Assembly (NCBI GenBank): GCA_041677865.1 | Contig: JBAYPE010000004.1 | Coordinates: forward strand, 5,203 to 69,202 | DNA: 64,000 nucleotides | Source of the DNA: Flavobacteriaceae bacterium | GTDB taxonomy: Bacteria > Bacteroidota > Bacteroidia > Flavobacteriales > Flavobacteriaceae | Reading direction: 5' to 3' | In this document: piece by piece, positions 37,959-49,714 of the stretch | How positions within the stretch are numbered: the stretch's first letter is position 1 | Layout of the letters: every line of letters begins with the position of its first letter | Notes under the pieces: generated by a model | What the model was told of the DNA's origin: nothing | Database searches by the model: none | The model's input: only the letters and a program-made list of their open reading frames with translations | Made by a program: the position numbers and the translations under genes

Positions 37959-39341
37959 ATGAAAAAATATATAGTGATTTTAGGTAGTACTTTGATGTTA
38001 CAATCGTGTTTTGTAGCAAAAAATTACGAAAGACCTACAATAGAAACAGAAGAACTGTATAGGAGCGAAGTAGTTGCAAATGATACTGTTTCGATGGCTG
38101 ATATATCGTGGAAAGAATTATTCAAAGACCCAATATTGCAAAGCTATATTCAAAAAGGGCTACAAAATAATTTTGACATCCGAATAGCCATACAAAACAT
38201 CGCAGCAGCAGAAGCTAACCTGAAACAGCGAAAATCAGGATATTTTCCCACATTGGGAATTAACGGAAACTGGACACATCAGGAAATTTCGGGAAACAGT
38301 CAGTTTGGGACAATGTTTGACCGAATAGACCAATATCAACTGGCTGCAAACCTTTCGTGGGAAGCTGATATATGGGGAAAAATCAGGAGTAACAAACGGG
38401 CTGCAAACGCTCTGTATTTGCAAACTATTGCTGCCAATCAGGCAGTAAAAACGCAAATAATTACCGGAATAGCCTCCATTTATTATCAACTTTTAGCCTT
38501 AGATGCACAACTCAAAATAGCCGAGCAAACCTTTGAAAACCGAAGCAAAAGTATAGAGACTATTCAAGCTCTGAAAGATGCCGGACAAGTAACAGAAGTT
38601 GCTGTCAAACAAACCGAAGCACAAAAACTGGCTACGGAAATCATCATTGAGGATTTAAAATACAACATTACTATTCTTGAAAATACAATGAGTATTCTCT
38701 TGGGTGAAAACGCTCAAAGAATCGAAAGAACCACTTTTGAAGAGCAAGAGTTGAACCCTGAAATCAAACTGGGAGTTCCTGCCAATCTTTTGAGCAGACG
38801 CCCTGACTTGATTGCAGCAGAATACGGCTTGGTAAACGCGTTTGAATTAGTGAATGTTTCCAGAAGCAATTTTTATCCGTCACTTACCATTACTGCAACC
38901 GGAGGTTTTCAGAGTTTAGAACTCAAAGAACTGATTGGTACCAATTCGATTTTTGCTAATATCATAACCGGACTGACACAACCGATTTTCAATCAAAGAC
39001 AAATCAAAACGCAACACGAAATTGCTAAGGCTAATCAACAAAAGGCCTTGATTCAGTTTGAACAAGCCTTGAAAACAGCTGGAAAAGAAGTATCAGATGC
39101 TTTGGCTAATTACCAAAACGAAACCCGAAAAATCCAAATCAGAGAACAGCAAGTTGATGCCCTCAAAAAAGCCTCTGAATATTCTGAAGAATTACTTACT
39201 TACGGATTGGCAAATTACTTGGAGGTTCTGACAGCTCAAGACAGTGCACTTAACTCAGAACTGAACCTAATTGACAACCAATACAAACAATTTAATGCCA
39301 TTATTATGCTTTACCGAGCTTTAGGAGGCGGTTGGGAGTAA
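37959..39341 (+). CDS. Efflux outer-membrane factor (TolC/NodT family lipoprotein)
   Basis: 460 aa. Lipobox MLQSC. Two TolC-type repeats. C-terminal LYRALGGGW. Confidence 0.92.
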   Translation: MKKYIVILGSTLMLQSCFVAKNYERPTIETEELYRSEVVANDTVSMADISWKELFKDPILQSYIQKGLQNNFDIRIAIQNIAAAEANLKQRKSGYFPTLGINGNWTHQEISGNSQFGTMFDRIDQYQLAANLSWEADIWGKIRSNKRAANALYLQTIAANQAVKTQIITGIASIYYQLLALDAQLKIAEQTFENRSKSIETIQALKDAGQVTEVAVKQTEAQKLATEIIIEDLKYNITILENTMSILLGENAQRIERTTFEEQELNPEIKLGVPANLLSRRPDLIAAEYGLVNAFELVNVSRSNFYPSLTITATGGFQSLELKELIGTNSIFANIITGLTQPIFNQRQIKTQHEIAKANQQKALIQFEQALKTAGKEVSDALANYQNETRKIQIREQQVDALKKASEYSEELLTYGLANYLEVLTAQDSALNSELNLIDNQYKQFNAIIMLYRALGGGWE

Positions 39342-39400
39342 TTTTTTGAGTGCCATCTTGTAAATAAAGAATCATAGTTTTTTTAAATAGTTTGATTCCT

Positions 39401-39440
39401 GACCTCACAGTGTTTTTTTTAAACTTGTGAGGTCTTTTTT
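39401..39440 (+). terminator. Terminator after the efflux operon
   Basis: GACCTCACA / TGTGAGGTC stem, T-rich loop, T6 tail. Close sequence relative of the terminator at 13652-13697. Confidence 0.8.
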
Positions 39441-39642
39441 ATACGATAATTTAAATTTTGTAAAAGCATTATTTTTCAATTGTAAAAGTACATTTGTTAA
39501 ATGAACTTTTATTTGTAGTAGAGATTGTGTTTATGAATTATACCTCAGAAACAATCCAGTAATCATACAAGAACTCAGAGAAAGACTTTACGAAAAAATC
39601 ACGGAAGTCGTTATTCCTGAATGGCAGGAAGCGTTTAATGCT

Positions 39643-40041
39643 TTGACAAAAGAAGATTGTTACAACTATATTTATAACTTGACCATCAACCGAACTTTTG
39701 ACGGGTATTTGAGAGAAAAATCAGTTGTAAATGACGGTTTGGCAAAAGCATTTTCAGAAGTAAGATTTGAAGAAAGTCCACCCGAATTAGACCACGCAGG
39801 AGATATAGACTATCTCGGATATGTTACAGAAGAAAAAGCAATTGGAATACAAATAAAACCTGTAACAGCACAATCAAATTTTGGAAATTATTCTGTCTCT
39901 GAAAGAATGAAAGCAAGTTTTGAGAGTTTCAAAAATGACTTTGGAGGAAATGTATTCATCATTTTTAGTTTAGATGGAGAAATTGCAAACAAACAAGTAA
40001 TTGAACAAATTCAAACCGAAATAGAACGGCTGAAAAAATAA
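39643..40041 (+). CDS. Small PD-(D/E)xK-like protein, possibly the 3' part of a 5'-frameshifted gene (MjaI-like nuclease?)
   Basis: 132-aa ORF starting at TTG. GDIDYLGYVTEEKAIGIQIKP fits D-x15-QxK. The frame is open for 46 further codons upstream with no canonical start, and an ATG at 39533 lies in another frame. Confidence 0.45.
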   Translation: MTKEDCYNYIYNLTINRTFDGYLREKSVVNDGLAKAFSEVRFEESPPELDHAGDIDYLGYVTEEKAIGIQIKPVTAQSNFGNYSVSERMKASFESFKNDFGGNVFIIFSLDGEIANKQVIEQIQTEIERLKK

Positions 40042-40051
40042 AACTACATCT

Positions 40052-41563
40052 CTACTGCATTTGTTTGAGTTCTTCTAAATAGGTTCTATCGTTTGAGAGT
40101 CTTGGAATTTTGTTTTGTCCACCTAATTTACCATTTTTTTTCAGCCAATCATAAAAAAGATTTTTTCGGGCAATGTTCAGTACAGGCCGATTAAGTGTCA
40201 TATTGTTATGTCTTTTGGCTTCGTAGTCAGAGTTGAGAGATTTTAACGTATCATCGAGAACCGTATGAAAAAGCCCTATATCTTTCGGGGTTTCTTTAAA
40301 TTCTATTATCCATTCGTGGGCTCCTTTTTCTTTTCCTACCATAAAAATAGGAGCAACTGTGTAGTCCAAAACTTCCGTATTGGTAGCTTTGCAAGCCTCT
40401 GCAACGGCTCGATCTGTGTTTTCTATCATCAGCTCTTCTCCAAAGACGTTGATATGGTGTTTGGTTCTTCCGGTAATCTTGATTCTGTACGGATTAAGCG
40501 AAGTAAAACGAACCGTATCTCCGATAAGATAGCGGAAAAGCCCTGAGTTGGTCGTAATTACAATTGCATAATTCTTTCCTATTTCAATATCAGCAAGGCG
40601 AACAGCTTTTTGGTTTGAAGTTCCGAAAGTATCCATTGGGATAAATTCGTAAAAAATTCCGTAATCGAGCATTAAGAGCATTTCGTCAGAATTATTCAAA
40701 TCCTGTAACGCAAAAAAACCTTCCGAAGCGTTATAAATTTCGTAATAATTAAAATCTGAGCTTGGCAAAAGTTTTTTGTATTGTTCTCGATAAGGGTCAA
40801 AACTTACTCCTCCGTGAAAATAGACTTCCAGATTTGGCCATATTTCAAAGAGATTTGTTTTTCCTGTAGTTTCTAAGGTTTTGTTCAAAAGTACTAACAT
40901 CCAAGACGGAACACCCGCAAAACTCGTTACGTTTTCCTGAATAGTTTCTTTAATAATAGCATCGAGTTTTATTTCCCAATCGGAAAGTTGCGATACTTTG
41001 TTGCTTGGAGTGCTACCAAATTCTGCCCACATCGGAAGATTCTCAATCAGAATGGCAGACAAATCTCCAAAATAGGTGTTGTTGTTGCTGTACAATTGTT
41101 TACTACCTCCGAGTCTGAGGCTTTTTCCGGTAAAAAGTTGCGAATTTTCGTTATTGTTCAAATAAAGGCAAAGCATATCTTTCCCTGCTTTGAAGTGGCA
41201 GTCTTCAAGAGCTGCGTTACTTACAGGGATAAATTTACTTTTAGCATCGGTTGTTCCGCTCGATTTGGCAAACCATTTTATAGGACTGTTCCAAAAAACA
41301 TTTGGTTCTCCTTTTCTTGCCCTTTCAATATAGGGTTGCAAATCTTCATAGGTTACTAAAGGTACGTTTTCTGAAAATTTTCTGTAAGAATTAATCTCTG
41401 AAAAACCGTATTTTTTACCTAAAATTGTATTTTCGGAACTTCGTAAGAGGTTGATTAGCAACTCTTCCTGTACTTCATTCGGGTATTTCATAAACAATTC
41501 TATTTGATGAATTCTTTTTTTTAGAATCCACGAAGCAACAGAGTTGATGATAGAAAGAGCCAT
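40052..41563 (-). CDS. GH3-family adenylate-forming enzyme (acyl-acid amido synthetase-like)
   Basis: 503 aa. WFAKSSGTTDAKSKFIP adenylation loop. GH3-like length and layout. Confidence 0.85.
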   Translation of the reverse strand: MALSIINSVASWILKKRIHQIELFMKYPNEVQEELLINLLRSSENTILGKKYGFSEINSYRKFSENVPLVTYEDLQPYIERARKGEPNVFWNSPIKWFAKSSGTTDAKSKFIPVSNAALEDCHFKAGKDMLCLYLNNNENSQLFTGKSLRLGGSKQLYSNNNTYFGDLSAILIENLPMWAEFGSTPSNKVSQLSDWEIKLDAIIKETIQENVTSFAGVPSWMLVLLNKTLETTGKTNLFEIWPNLEVYFHGGVSFDPYREQYKKLLPSSDFNYYEIYNASEGFFALQDLNNSDEMLLMLDYGIFYEFIPMDTFGTSNQKAVRLADIEIGKNYAIVITTNSGLFRYLIGDTVRFTSLNPYRIKITGRTKHHINVFGEELMIENTDRAVAEACKATNTEVLDYTVAPIFMVGKEKGAHEWIIEFKETPKDIGLFHTVLDDTLKSLNSDYEAKRHNNMTLNRPVLNIARKNLFYDWLKKNGKLGGQNKIPRLSNDRTYLEELKQMQ

Positions 41564-41604
41564 TTTTTGTTATCTTTACAAGCTGTAAAAATAAAAAAAA
41601 TCTT

Positions 41605-42399
41605 ATGTATTTAGAGTTTGTACTTGTAAAAATGCAGTCAGAACTTTTAAATCCTGTTCAGTATTATTTGACTTCTGATGATAATTTTCTAAATATCAAT
41701 CAATTACTCGACAAAGAAGTATCTATCGAACATATCGGATATGAATGTCTGAATTGTCATCTACCCAAAAAAATATTCAGACAAGGTTTTTGCTATGAAT
41801 GTTTTTACAACACTCCGCTGGCAGGAGAGTGGATAATGCGTCCGGAACTCAGTACAGCCCACCTCAACATCGAAGACCGAGATTTAACATACGAAAAACA
41901 AGTGCAGCTTCAGCCTCACGTTGTATATCTGGCGCTTTCAAGCGAGCTAAAAGTAGGAGTAACCCGAAAATCACAAGTTCCCTTCCGTTGGATAGATCAA
42001 GGAGCAGTACAAGCCTTGCCAATTGTTCAGGTTCCAAATCGGTATTTGGCAGGAATCACAGAGGTGGCTCTTAAAAATCATTTTTCGGATAAGACAAACT
42101 TCAGAAAGATGCTTCAAAATGAGGTCCCCGAAATGGATTTGTATAAAGAAAAAGAAAAACTCAAAGATTATTTACCCAAAGAGGTTTTGACTTATTATGA
42201 GAATCAACAAAGCGAAATTACCAAAATCGAATATCCTGTTTTGCAATACCCAACCAAAGTTATTTCTCTTAACTTAGAAAAAACTTCTCAATACAAAGGA
42301 AAACTCAAAGGAATAAAAGGTCAGTATTTTATTTTTGAAGACCAAACAGTACTTAACATTCGCAGTTACGAGGGCTACAAAGTAAACATTGGAGTCTGA
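41605..42399 (+). CDS. DUF2797-like protein with an N-terminal zinc ribbon
   Basis: 264 aa (alternative start Met at 41632). CLNCHLPKKIFRQGFCYECF, then VYLALSSELKVGVTRKSQVPFRWIDQGA. Confidence 0.7.
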   Translation: MYLEFVLVKMQSELLNPVQYYLTSDDNFLNINQLLDKEVSIEHIGYECLNCHLPKKIFRQGFCYECFYNTPLAGEWIMRPELSTAHLNIEDRDLTYEKQVQLQPHVVYLALSSELKVGVTRKSQVPFRWIDQGAVQALPIVQVPNRYLAGITEVALKNHFSDKTNFRKMLQNEVPEMDLYKEKEKLKDYLPKEVLTYYENQQSEITKIEYPVLQYPTKVISLNLEKTSQYKGKLKGIKGQYFIFEDQTVLNIRSYEGYKVNIGV

Positions 42400-42489
42400 T
42401 TTGTTTTTAAATCAAAATCGTATATATTTTTTTCAACTTTTAGAACTCTATAATGTTAATAACTTCTACTTTTTTAAAACCGTGTCGGT

Positions 42490-42520
42490 TTTGAAATCAG
42501 CCCTAAATTTCCTATATTTG
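42490..42520 (+). promoter_or_regulatory. Consensus Bacteroidota promoter of gyrB
   Basis: TTTG (42490-42493), 19-nt spacer, TAtaTTTG (42513-42520), 26 nt before the ATG. Confidence 0.6.
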
Positions 42521-42540
42521 CTCGTTATTGACAATTTTAA

Positions 42541-44487
<1,947 letters not shown>

Positions 44488-44508
44488 TAAAAACCACCCC
44501 TAATACAA

Positions 44509-44540
44509 ATCCTCGAAAGTAACTTCGGGGATTTTTTTTT
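44509..44540 (+). terminator. Terminator after gyrB
   Basis: ATCCTCGAA / TTCGGGGAT stem (one G-U pair), 6-nt loop, T9 run. Confidence 0.8.
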
Positions 44541-44591
44541 GAAAAATTTGCTACCTTTTTTTGAAATATTTATTTTTTAGTATAAAAATTA

Positions 44592-44620
44592 TTGTTGATT
44601 TATTTAATATTATACATTTG
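44592..44620 (+). promoter_or_regulatory. Promoter of the outer-membrane protein gene
   Basis: TTG (44592-44594), 18-nt spacer, TAcaTTTG (44613-44620). Confidence 0.5.
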
Positions 44621-44650
44621 TACAGATGTCTAACATAAAACTAATGAAAA

Positions 44651-45697
44651 ATGAGAAAATCAATCTTAAAATTTGTGTTTTGTCTTATGTCAATATCGAT
44701 GTTTTCACAAGGGGTTGAAACATTTGTTCTTGCAGCGGGAGATGCAGGTCGCTTGGCAGAGAATTATGTAAATCCTTTTGTAAAGGGATTCATGTACGAT
44801 TTGAACGGAGGTTGGTACACCACTGCCAAAACGCATAAAAAGAAATTCGGATTTGATTTAACTATAAATCCGTCTATATCGTTTGTTCCTGCTTCAGACG
44901 AATTTTTTACGTTTGTTCCGGGAGATTATAGTTATCTATCTTTACCTAATGGAGAAAATTCGCTTCCTACAGTAATGAGCGATTCGGACCAAGAAGCATT
45001 GGTAGAAGTGCGTATTCCCTATGAAGAAGACACCTATAAAGTAGCGGAATTTGACATGCCCGGAGGTATTGGAGCTGATTTACCGATTAAAGCCGTTCCG
45101 GTTCCGATGGCTCAGGTAGGTTTCGGATTTTTTGGAAATACAGATTTTAAGGTAAGGTTTGTTCCGAGTATAAGTCCGGCCGAAAACTTTAAGTTTGACT
45201 TGTTTGGGTTGGGGGTACAACACAGCATATTGCCTTACTTTAAAGTGGACAATCCTATTCTTAATGTTTCTGTTTTAGCTGCTTTTACCAACATGAAGAT
45301 GACTTATACTATTGAAAACGACACCGACTTTGATGAAGTGGATGTACAGAACGGAGCAGCAGAATTTAAGGTAAATACATGGACTTTGCAAGCTATTGCT
45401 TCGGTAGATTTAAAGCTCATAACCTTTTACGGAGCCGTTGGTTATAATTCAGGTAAATCTTCGGTAAAGATGAAAGGAGACTACACGCTTACTTATGATC
45501 TTGAAGATGGCCAAGGAAATATGATAGGATCTGTACCCGAAACAATTTCTGACCCAATCAGTATGAACTTTCAGGCAAACGGAATGAGAGGAACTTTAGG
45601 TACGAGGCTTAATCTGGGCTTTTTCAAAATATTTGCCGATTATACTTTTCAGGAATATAACACTCTTACGGGAGGTATAGCATTTAGTTTTAACTAA
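44651..45697 (+). CDS. Putative outer-membrane beta-barrel protein, unknown function
   Basis: 348 aa. Signal peptide MRKSILKFVFCLMSISMFSQ. Alternating beta-strand pattern. C-terminal aromatic-ending GGIAFSFN. Confidence 0.65.
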   Translation: MRKSILKFVFCLMSISMFSQGVETFVLAAGDAGRLAENYVNPFVKGFMYDLNGGWYTTAKTHKKKFGFDLTINPSISFVPASDEFFTFVPGDYSYLSLPNGENSLPTVMSDSDQEALVEVRIPYEEDTYKVAEFDMPGGIGADLPIKAVPVPMAQVGFGFFGNTDFKVRFVPSISPAENFKFDLFGLGVQHSILPYFKVDNPILNVSVLAAFTNMKMTYTIENDTDFDEVDVQNGAAEFKVNTWTLQAIASVDLKLITFYGAVGYNSGKSSVKMKGDYTLTYDLEDGQGNMIGSVPETISDPISMNFQANGMRGTLGTRLNLGFFKIFADYTFQEYNTLTGGIAFSFN

Positions 45698-45815
45698 AGA
45701 ATTATGTGTTAAGTTGTGAGTTGTAAGTACAATAATTTTCAAATTCTAATCCCTAAATGCTGATTAATTTTGTAAATTTGCAAAACTTTTTAACAACATA
45801 AACACAATTATATAG

Positions 45816-46748
45816 ATGAAAGTAACAATTGTAGGAGCAGGAAACGTAGGAGCTACCTGTGCAGATGCTATTGCATTCAGAAGAATTGCAAGCGAAATAG
45901 TTTTATTAGACATCAAAGAGGGTTTTGCAGAAGGTAAAGCTCTTGACATTACACAAACTCAAACTACTTTAGGTTTTAATACAAGAGTAACTGGTAGTAC
46001 CAATGATTATTCTAAAACAGCGGGAAGCGATGTAGTGGTAATTACCTCGGGAATTCCCAGAAAACCGGGAATGACTCGTGAAGAGCTTATAGGAATTAAT
46101 GCAGGAATCGTAAAAGGAGTAGCAGAAAACATTCTGAAATATTCGCCTGACACGATTATTGTAGTGGTATCAAACCCAATGGACACCATGACTTATTTGG
46201 CTCTTAAAGCAACAGGACTTCCTAAAAACAGAATCATCGGAATGGGGGGAGCTTTAGACAGTTCTCGTTTTAAAACTTATTTATCATTGGCTCTTGACAA
46301 ACCGGCTAACGACATTCAGGGAATGGTAATCGGAGGTCACGGAGATACAACAATGATTCCGCTTACAAGACTGGCAAGCTATAACGGAGTGCCTGTTTCA
46401 GAATTTTTATCAAAAGAGGAATTAGAAAAAGTATCAGCCGACACGATGGTAGGGGGAGCAACGCTTACTAAATTACTCGGTACTTCGGCTTGGTACGCTC
46501 CGGGAGCTTCGGTTTCTTATTTGGTAGATAGTATCCTAAACGACCAAAAATGCATGATTCCTTGTTCGGTATTGCTCGAAGGAGAATACGGTCAGAACGA
46601 TATATGTATAGGTGTTCCTTGTATTATTGGCAAAAACGGAGTGGAGCAAATCATAGATGTAAATTTAAATGAAAACGAAAAAGCATTGTTTGCTAAAAGT
46701 GCAGATGCAGTTCGAAATATGAATGATGCTTTGACTTCTGTTCTTTAA
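45816..46748 (+). CDS. mdh: Malate dehydrogenase (LDH-like type)
   Basis: 310 aa. MKVTIVGAGNVGATCA, SGIPRKPGMTREEL, GGHGDTM. A TAAATTTG -7 box lies at 45773-45780. Confidence 0.95.
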   Translation: MKVTIVGAGNVGATCADAIAFRRIASEIVLLDIKEGFAEGKALDITQTQTTLGFNTRVTGSTNDYSKTAGSDVVVITSGIPRKPGMTREELIGINAGIVKGVAENILKYSPDTIIVVVSNPMDTMTYLALKATGLPKNRIIGMGGALDSSRFKTYLSLALDKPANDIQGMVIGGHGDTTMIPLTRLASYNGVPVSEFLSKEELEKVSADTMVGGATLTKLLGTSAWYAPGASVSYLVDSILNDQKCMIPCSVLLEGEYGQNDICIGVPCIIGKNGVEQIIDVNLNENEKALFAKSADAVRNMNDALTSVL

Positions 46749-46767
46749 AGAAAATAGTTTTTAGTAA

Positions 46768-46808
46768 TAAAAAAATCCGTCTTGTTCACTTAACAAGACG
46801 GATTTTTT
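46768..46808. terminator. Bidirectional terminator between mdh and the yfhO-like gene
   Basis: A8, ATCCGTCTTGTT / AACAAGACGGAT 12-bp stem, 5-nt loop, T6. Confidence 0.9.
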
Positions 46809-46853
46809 ATGGGGTGATTCTTTCCTCAAAAATATTCGAAAAAAGAACTCCGG

Positions 46854-49301
46854 CTACTTTTTCTTTGCTCTGTAAAAAATTCCCCCTGCAATAAGCAAAA
46901 TCATTATCAGAGAACTAGTTAGTGCAATTGAACTTCCTTTTTTTACCACTTGTGGCTCAAATCTGAACTCAATAGTGTGATTTCCTTTCGGAATTTGCAA
47001 GGCTCGCAAGGTATAATTTACTTCAAAAATTTCAGCTTCGTTTCCGTCAATCATTGCTATCCAACCTTTAGGGTAATAGATTTCCGAGAAAACAGCCAAT
47101 CCGTCATTCTGATTTTGAGATTGGTATTTTAAGTAATTAGGTTTGTATTCAATTAGTTCTATTGAAGATAAGCTATCGGTTTCAAAGTGAATGTTTGCAA
47201 CTTCTTTTGCTTTTATTGGAAAATCTTTCAGGTTTAAAACGGCTGTATTTTTATTAATATTTTCCAAAGATTTTATGACTTCATCAGCCGAATCAACCAC
47301 TTCAACTTGATTTACAAACCAAGCATTTCCGTAGGCATCGTCATTTTGCATCGGAATGGCATTACCTTCTTCATCTGTATCCAGAATGTATTTTACGTTG
47401 AGCATATTCAGCACTTGTTGATTTCCTTTTGCAATTTGGTAATCATACAATTCCTGAATTTTCTTTGGCTTTACAGCACTATATCCTCCAACAGAATGAT
47501 GAAAATACGAAGTTCTTGCACTACTCATCGCACCTTGAAATTCAAAAACTCTGAAATGCGAAGTATCTTCTAATATCACGTGGTCAGCAGGAGTAGGTTT
47601 AAAAGGTTCTGCCATTTCGTAGCTATGAACAAAACTGCTTTCATTCACATAATTTTTTCCAACCAAAAACAAATCACCAACCATTAGAATTCCGATAAGT
47701 ATAATCGCTGTATTGGTTTTGAGTTTGTCTTTGTGGAATAAAAACAGGATTATTCCCGAAAAAATTACAAGCAAAATACTGCGAACCAAATCAGATGAAT
47801 ACATTTGAGCTCTGTCAGACTGTAAAGCCTCCATAAATCCGTATCCGAAAGAATTATCCTGTACAATTTGATTCAAATAATTAATTAAATATTCATCGTT
47901 CGGAGAAGTAAAACTAAACATTCCCTTACCCAAAAGCAGTACAACAAGTAGTCCTAAGCTTATGATTCCGGATTTTTTGAGTGAATCCCATTGTTCTTCT
48001 TTGCTCGTTTTCAGAAAAGAAGCCAAGCCCAAAACAGCCAAAACCGGAATACACAATTCCAAAATTACCTGAATAGACGAAATCGCTCTGAATTTGTTAT
48101 ACATCGGGACATTATTAATAAAAAAGTCTGTCAATAATGGAAAGTTTTTTCCCCACGAAAGCAAAAGCGAAAGTAGAGCACCGGCTACAAAAACATATTT
48201 TATTTTTCGTTTTTCAACGAATAAAGCCAAAACAAAAAGGAAGAAAACCACCGCTCCGATATAAGCAGGAGCTGCAACAATGGGTTGGTCTCCCCAATAC
48301 GTTCGCCCGAAATTATCTCTGAACTGACCCACATATTCATACGGGATTCCTTGATTTACCAAATATTGATGCACTTCAGAATTTTCGTCTAATTTTTCGG
48401 AATTTCCTCCTCCAAAAAGTCGTGGTACGATAAGGTTCAGACTTTCTGCCTTTCCGTAGCTGTATTCGGTAATATATTCATAAGTCATTGCATTTTGCGA
48501 AGTCTTCGGGCTTCCGTCCGGATTGACAGTCAATTCGCTTTTACTTCGAGTACTTACTTTGGCATATTCCGAAGTCGCCATTAAGTTTGTGGCATTAGCT
48601 CCCAAGGCCAAAATCCCTGCAATTAGAAATATTCCGAGAGAATAAATAAGCGGTTTAAAATCTTTTGCTTTGATTAATTTATACGAATAATAAACCCCGA
48701 TAATTATCAGTAAAAACAAAAGGTAATAAGTCATCTGGAAGTGATTAGCTTGAATTTCCAATGCTGCTGCTATCATAGTGAGGATTCCACCTAAGATGTA
48801 TTTTCGTTGAAAGACCAGCAAGACTCCTGCTACAACCATAGGCATATAAGCGATTGCATGTGCCTTGGCATTGTGTCCAACTCCAAGAATGATAATTAAA
48901 TAGGTCGAAAAACCGAAGGCTAAAGCTCCGATAAAAGCCTTGAGCGGTTTGATTCGTAAAGCGGAAAGAAGTATGTAAAATCCTATAAAATACAAAAACA
49001 GATAATCAGCAGGTCGAGGCAAAAAACGTAAAACCGAATCCAAACTTTTTACGTAATTATGCGGATATTTTGCTCCTAACTGATAAGTAGGCATTCCTCC
49101 AAAAGCGGAATTTGTCCAATACGGCTCGGTATCTTCTGCTTGTCGGAAATCGTTTTGTTCTTTTGCCATTCCGATATACTGCACAATATCAGGCTGATAA
49201 ATTTCTTTGCCTAACAGCACAGGATAAAAGTAGATAAGAGCAACAACAACAAAGCCTAAAAAAGCCAGAATATGAGGAGTGAATTTTTTTAGTTTTTCCA
49301 T
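46854..49301 (-). CDS. YfhO-family polytopic membrane protein (putative glycosyltransferase)
   Basis: 815 aa. Many TM helices in the N-terminal two-thirds, a large extracytoplasmic C-terminal domain and a final TM helix. Confidence 0.75.
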   Translation of the reverse strand: MEKLKKFTPHILAFLGFVVVALIYFYPVLLGKEIYQPDIVQYIGMAKEQNDFRQAEDTEPYWTNSAFGGMPTYQLGAKYPHNYVKSLDSVLRFLPRPADYLFLYFIGFYILLSALRIKPLKAFIGALAFGFSTYLIIILGVGHNAKAHAIAYMPMVVAGVLLVFQRKYILGGILTMIAAALEIQANHFQMTYYLLFLLIIIGVYYSYKLIKAKDFKPLIYSLGIFLIAGILALGANATNLMATSEYAKVSTRSKSELTVNPDGSPKTSQNAMTYEYITEYSYGKAESLNLIVPRLFGGGNSEKLDENSEVHQYLVNQGIPYEYVGQFRDNFGRTYWGDQPIVAAPAYIGAVVFFLFVLALFVEKRKIKYVFVAGALLSLLLSWGKNFPLLTDFFINNVPMYNKFRAISSIQVILELCIPVLAVLGLASFLKTSKEEQWDSLKKSGIISLGLLVVLLLGKGMFSFTSPNDEYLINYLNQIVQDNSFGYGFMEALQSDRAQMYSSDLVRSILLVIFSGIILFLFHKDKLKTNTAIILIGILMVGDLFLVGKNYVNESSFVHSYEMAEPFKPTPADHVILEDTSHFRVFEFQGAMSSARTSYFHHSVGGYSAVKPKKIQELYDYQIAKGNQQVLNMLNVKYILDTDEEGNAIPMQNDDAYGNAWFVNQVEVVDSADEVIKSLENINKNTAVLNLKDFPIKAKEVANIHFETDSLSSIELIEYKPNYLKYQSQNQNDGLAVFSEIYYPKGWIAMIDGNEAEIFEVNYTLRALQIPKGNHTIEFRFEPQVVKKGSSIALTSSLIMILLIAGGIFYRAKKK

Positions 49302-49374
49302 AAGAATTTTTTATAGCTTACAAATGTAACGAAATTTATAACTTTGACACTAATTCAGATAAAAACGAAATACT

Positions 49375-49692
49375 ATGATTTTAACTACCACTCACACCAT
49401 CGAAGGGCAACCTATCAGAGAGTATAAAGGAATTGTAACGGGTGAAACCATTATCGGAGCGAATGTTTTTAAAGATTTTATGGCTGGGCTAACCGATTTT
49501 TTTGGAGGTCGTTCATCAACTTACGAAAAAGTACTTATTGAAGCAAAAGAAACAGCTCTTGCCGAAATGAAACAAAGAGCATCGCTACTTGGTGCAAATG
49601 CTATTGTCGGAATTGATTTAGACTACGAAACCGTTGGAGCAAACGGAGGAATGCTTATGGTAACCGCAAGCGGAACGGCTGTTGTGGTGTAA
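49375..49692 (+). CDS. YbjQ/UPF0145-family protein
   Basis: 105 aa. [54 protein letters not shown] -7 box lies at 49339-49346. Confidence 0.88.
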   Translation: MILTTTHTIEGQPIREYKGIVTGETIIGANVFKDFMAGLTDFFGGRSSTYEKVLIEAKETALAEMKQRASLLGANAIVGIDLDYETVGANGGMLMVTASGTAVVV

Positions 49693-49714
49693 GCAAAATA
49701 AAACTTTTTCAGTT

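Noticed and set aside
45764-45949. A 61-aa minus-strand ORF across the mdh start.
   Set aside because: It is antisense to the highly conserved mdh N-terminus and to its promoter, with no independent support.
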